The translations under genes were made by a program, and so were the position numbers. The notes under the pieces were generated by a model. It was not told the origin of the DNA and did not search any database. It worked only from the letters and a program-made list of their open reading frames with translations. This document shows, one piece after another, positions 61,234-64,000 of a stretch of 64,000 nucleotides of DNA (its first letter is position 1; each line of letters opens with the position of its first letter). This stretch comes from Chrysochromulina tobinii. Lineage: Eukaryota. The DNA is taken from positions 1 to 64,000 of the forward strand of contig JWZX01003373.1 of assembly GCA_001275005.1 (NCBI GenBank). The letters run 5' to 3'.

Positions 61234-63387
61234 ATGGCGTCTCGACTGGCACGTCCGGAGTCATCCGTGTGCGGCTCGTGTGACGATTTGAGGACGCAGT
61301 CAAAAAGGGGCGGCAACCCGCTCAGCCTGCCACGCGGCACCGTGCCGACACGCGAGAACTTGCTCTTCGAAGAGTGGCTGCGATTGCTTGGCGATGAGCC
61401 TCCCGTAGTGGACTGCTCTTGCGAGTCCATTGGGCCAGACGACGCTCTGGTGGTGATCGACATGCAAGCCGACTTCGTGCCATGCGATCCGACAACCAAT
61501 CCGCACGGCGGGCGCTTCGGCGTGCCAGAGGGCGACCTGATCGTGCCGACCATATGCTCTCTCATCGCTGCTGCAACTGCCTGCGGTGCCACGATAGTTG
61601 CCACGCGGGACTACCATCCGTACGATCACGCCTCCTTCAACACCGAGGGCGGCCCATTTCCCCCGCACTGCGTGCAAGGCACCGCGGGCGCTGAGCTGCT
61701 GCCCCCAATCGCGCTCGCGCTCAGCGATGCGTGGAGGCGACGGCCCGACGATGTGATGATCGCCTTCAAGGCCTTCCATGAGGACGTTGACAGCTTCGGA
61801 GCGTTCCCATACGAGACCGGCGGCCCCGGGCGGGTCTTCATTCGCAACCCGGGCGTCGAGGCGCGCCGTCGAGCATGCCCCAGTGGCTGCCACGCGTGCC
61901 CGTTTACAGGCTGCATCGTGCTGAAGCAGTCAGCCCTGCACGCCGCCAAGGCACGAGGCGTGCCGCCTGACATGAACGCGCCGCCCGATCTGCTCGCGAT
62001 GACCAACAACGACGGCAAGGAGCGCTCGCGTCGCTCCTTGCGGGAGGCGCTCGCTGACAAGAAGCGCCTCTTTGTGTGCGGCCTCGCTCTCGATTTCTGC
62101 GTCCTCGACACATGCATCAACGGTGTGGCCGCTGGGTTCGCCGAGGTTTACTTGGTGCTCGACTGCGCACGGGCCGCACACCTCGCGGGCATCGGACAGC
62201 ACGGCACGGGCTTCCTCACCGCGCCGAGAGAGGTGCTCAACAAGCTGCAGAGCCACGGCGTGCGCCTCGTCACCAGTCACACGTGCTGCGGCGACAAGCT
62301 GCTTGAGTCGGACCTGTGGAACAGCGGGCCGACGGGTGCGCAGGTGTCGTCCGAATCTCGGCTCGAATCTCGGCTCGAATCTCGGCTCGCCTTCCCGGAG
62401 AGCCTCGGGCCGCTCGGCCTCGAGCTGTGCCACAACCTGAGCCTGAAGCTCGACACGAAGGAGCAGGCCTACACGCTTGATCTCGCAGGCGCGCTCGAGA
62501 TGCTTGCTCACACGGGGTTCAGCTTCGCCAACACGGGCAGGTGCAGCCCGGTAACGCCGCTGCCCAGGGGATGGCCTTCCGCACCGAAGCAAGCGTGCTC
62601 CTTGTGCTGGGCCTACCCGCTCGAGGGCATGCGCCAGCTGAGCGAGCAGCCGCAGACGGCACTCGCTTTCCTTGGCTTAACAGTGAACCCCGCGCTCCGC
62701 TTCACCGCGTACGGCGGATTCGTGCTTTTAGATGACCAGGGCGCAGCTGTGGCATTACAAACGCTCGGTGCGCCCACAGGCGGTGCGCTGACTTTCGGGC
62801 GGGCAGAGAAGCTCAGCCGCGACACCATCGAACCGCTGCATAGCCGCATGCAGGACGTGACGCTGCCGTCGCTGCTGCGTGCAGGAGCCGAGCAGTTTTG
62901 CTGGCTCGTGCCTGGGGAGGCGTTGGACTACGCGCCCGAAACCCAACCTGAGACCCAATCCTTCCGAAGGAAGTACGGTGCGAAGTACGGTGCGTTTGCC
63001 TACCGGATGGACGATGGGCCGCCACTGCTCTTCTGCGTCAACGACCCCGTCCTGAGCGATGCGCACGCGGACGCCGCCATGAAGATTCAGGCGCACACGC
63101 GAGGCCACGCGCTGCGCAAGACGCACGCGCCAACCATTGCATTGGCCGAGATTACGATGCTGCGCCGCCGGGTCGCAGAGCTTGAGACCAGTCTCCCATC
63201 GCGCCGAAGAAGATTGAGGCAGGCCCTCACGTGGCCGCTACGCTTGCTGATGCAGCTGACGCTCAGGACTCGCACTCAAAAGAGCGAGTTCAACTCCGGT
63301 CGTGCTTCACCTGGTGCGCCACCTGCTAGTACCTCGAACGATATGCGGCAGCGCAGGGAGCGGGCAGAATCACCCCTAGTGTGTTAG
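61234..63387 (+). CDS. Nicotinamidase/isochorismatase (PncA-like) protein with long C-terminal extension and IQ motif
   Basis: LVVIDMQADF, ATRDYHP..H.SF, FPPHCVQGT.GAEL, FKAFHEDVDSFGAF and VCGLALDFCV. IQ motif AAMKIQAHTRGHALRK. (ESRL)3 12-bp repeat at 62353-62388. Confidence 0.82.
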   Translation: MASRLARPESSVCGSCDDLRTQSKRGGNPLSLPRGTVPTRENLLFEEWLRLLGDEPPVVDCSCESIGPDDALVVIDMQADFVPCDPTTNPHGGRFGVPEGDLIVPTICSLIAAATACGATIVATRDYHPYDHASFNTEGGPFPPHCVQGTAGAELLPPIALALSDAWRRRPDDVMIAFKAFHEDVDSFGAFPYETGGPGRVFIRNPGVEARRRACPSGCHACPFTGCIVLKQSALHAAKARGVPPDMNAPPDLLAMTNNDGKERSRRSLREALADKKRLFVCGLALDFCVLDTCINGVAAGFAEVYLVLDCARAAHLAGIGQHGTGFLTAPREVLNKLQSHGVRLVTSHTCCGDKLLESDLWNSGPTGAQVSSESRLESRLESRLAFPESLGPLGLELCHNLSLKLDTKEQAYTLDLAGALEMLAHTGFSFANTGRCSPVTPLPRGWPSAPKQACSLCWAYPLEGMRQLSEQPQTALAFLGLTVNPALRFTAYGGFVLLDDQGAAVALQTLGAPTGGALTFGRAEKLSRDTIEPLHSRMQDVTLPSLLRAGAEQFCWLVPGEALDYAPETQPETQSFRRKYGAKYGAFAYRMDDGPPLLFCVNDPVLSDAHADAAMKIQAHTRGHALRKTHAPTIALAEITMLRRRVAELETSLPSRRRRLRQALTWPLRLLMQLTLRTRTQKSEFNSGRASPGAPPASTSNDMRQRRERAESPLVC

Positions 63388-64000
63388 AACCCCTCAGGCC
63401 TCAGGCTCAGCACTCAGCTAACCCTTAACGCTTAACGCTATAAGGTACGTGTAACCTGTAACCTCAGTGCGGAGTGTTCACAGCCAATGTTTAGAATTCG
63501 ACACTAGTGCTGTTCGCACCGCGCACGCACTCCGTCCGGAACTTTCTCTTTCGAACCGTGCGATTCGCGCGCTGCCTCCGGGCCCTCGGTGCGGGGGCCC
63601 GCTGAGGCAGCCATCTGCTCCTATGTTACTCCAGGATGTCCTTTGTTCGCCGATCGGTCCGCGTGCGCGGTCGGTCGCACCGTCCGCCCCCGCGTGTACC
63701 TGTACGCGACGTGTACGCGACCACGTCCCCCGGAGCGCGCGGGACTCCCGCCCGGGCCGCCGCGCCCCCGCGCCGAACCGAACTGAAACCGAACAAACGG
63801 CTCGCCCGCCGCCTCGCGAACCGAAAATACCCCACGCCCGGCGCACACGACATCCGCGTTCCGCAACCAAGCCGCGCGAACCCCGATGCATCAACTCACA
63901 CCTCCCCACTCACACGGCCCAGCTGTGATGCCCACATCATCTGCCTCACCTTTCACTCGTCAGTGCCGCTCAACAGAGAGCCGATCGTGCTCGCGGCCGC

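Noticed and set aside
63417..63465. CTAACCCTTAACGCTTAACG...TAACCTGTAACCT as telomeric repeat
   Set aside because: Too short and degenerate to call an interstitial telomere.

Overview
Gene-dense, GC-rich eukaryotic nuclear DNA with short spliceosomal introns. It is most likely from a flagellated haptophyte (Chrysochromulina-like). That is inferred from the LRR repeat type, IFT144, a bipartite plastid presequence and the glycosyltransferase families; no database search was run. About 27 protein-coding loci are present. Recognisable genes are Mps1/TTK, XPD, PMM, Nup88, katanin p80, adenylate kinase, MRM2/RrmJ, WDR19/IFT144, CDC48, eIF4A-III, a REXO1-type exonuclease, an SLC19 carrier, a PPR protein, several glycosyltransferase-like proteins and a nicotinamidase-like protein. 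No rRNA, tRNA or CRISPR array was recognised. The strongest novelty candidate is a broken TM-pseudokinase-RING/RBR-ankyrin-LRR gene whose LRR exons carry homologous introns. Other candidates are a SAM domain inside Nup88, an Mps1 with a Pro-rich/WH2-like tail and a CHR/E2F-like promoter, an 86-bp retro-insertion with a 15-bp target-site duplication, and a CDC48 HbYX tail completed by a 4-nt terminal exon. The window also shows a regular architecture of short divergent spacers carrying TGTGAA and longer convergent spacers carrying hyper-GC patches. Exon boundaries were read by eye.
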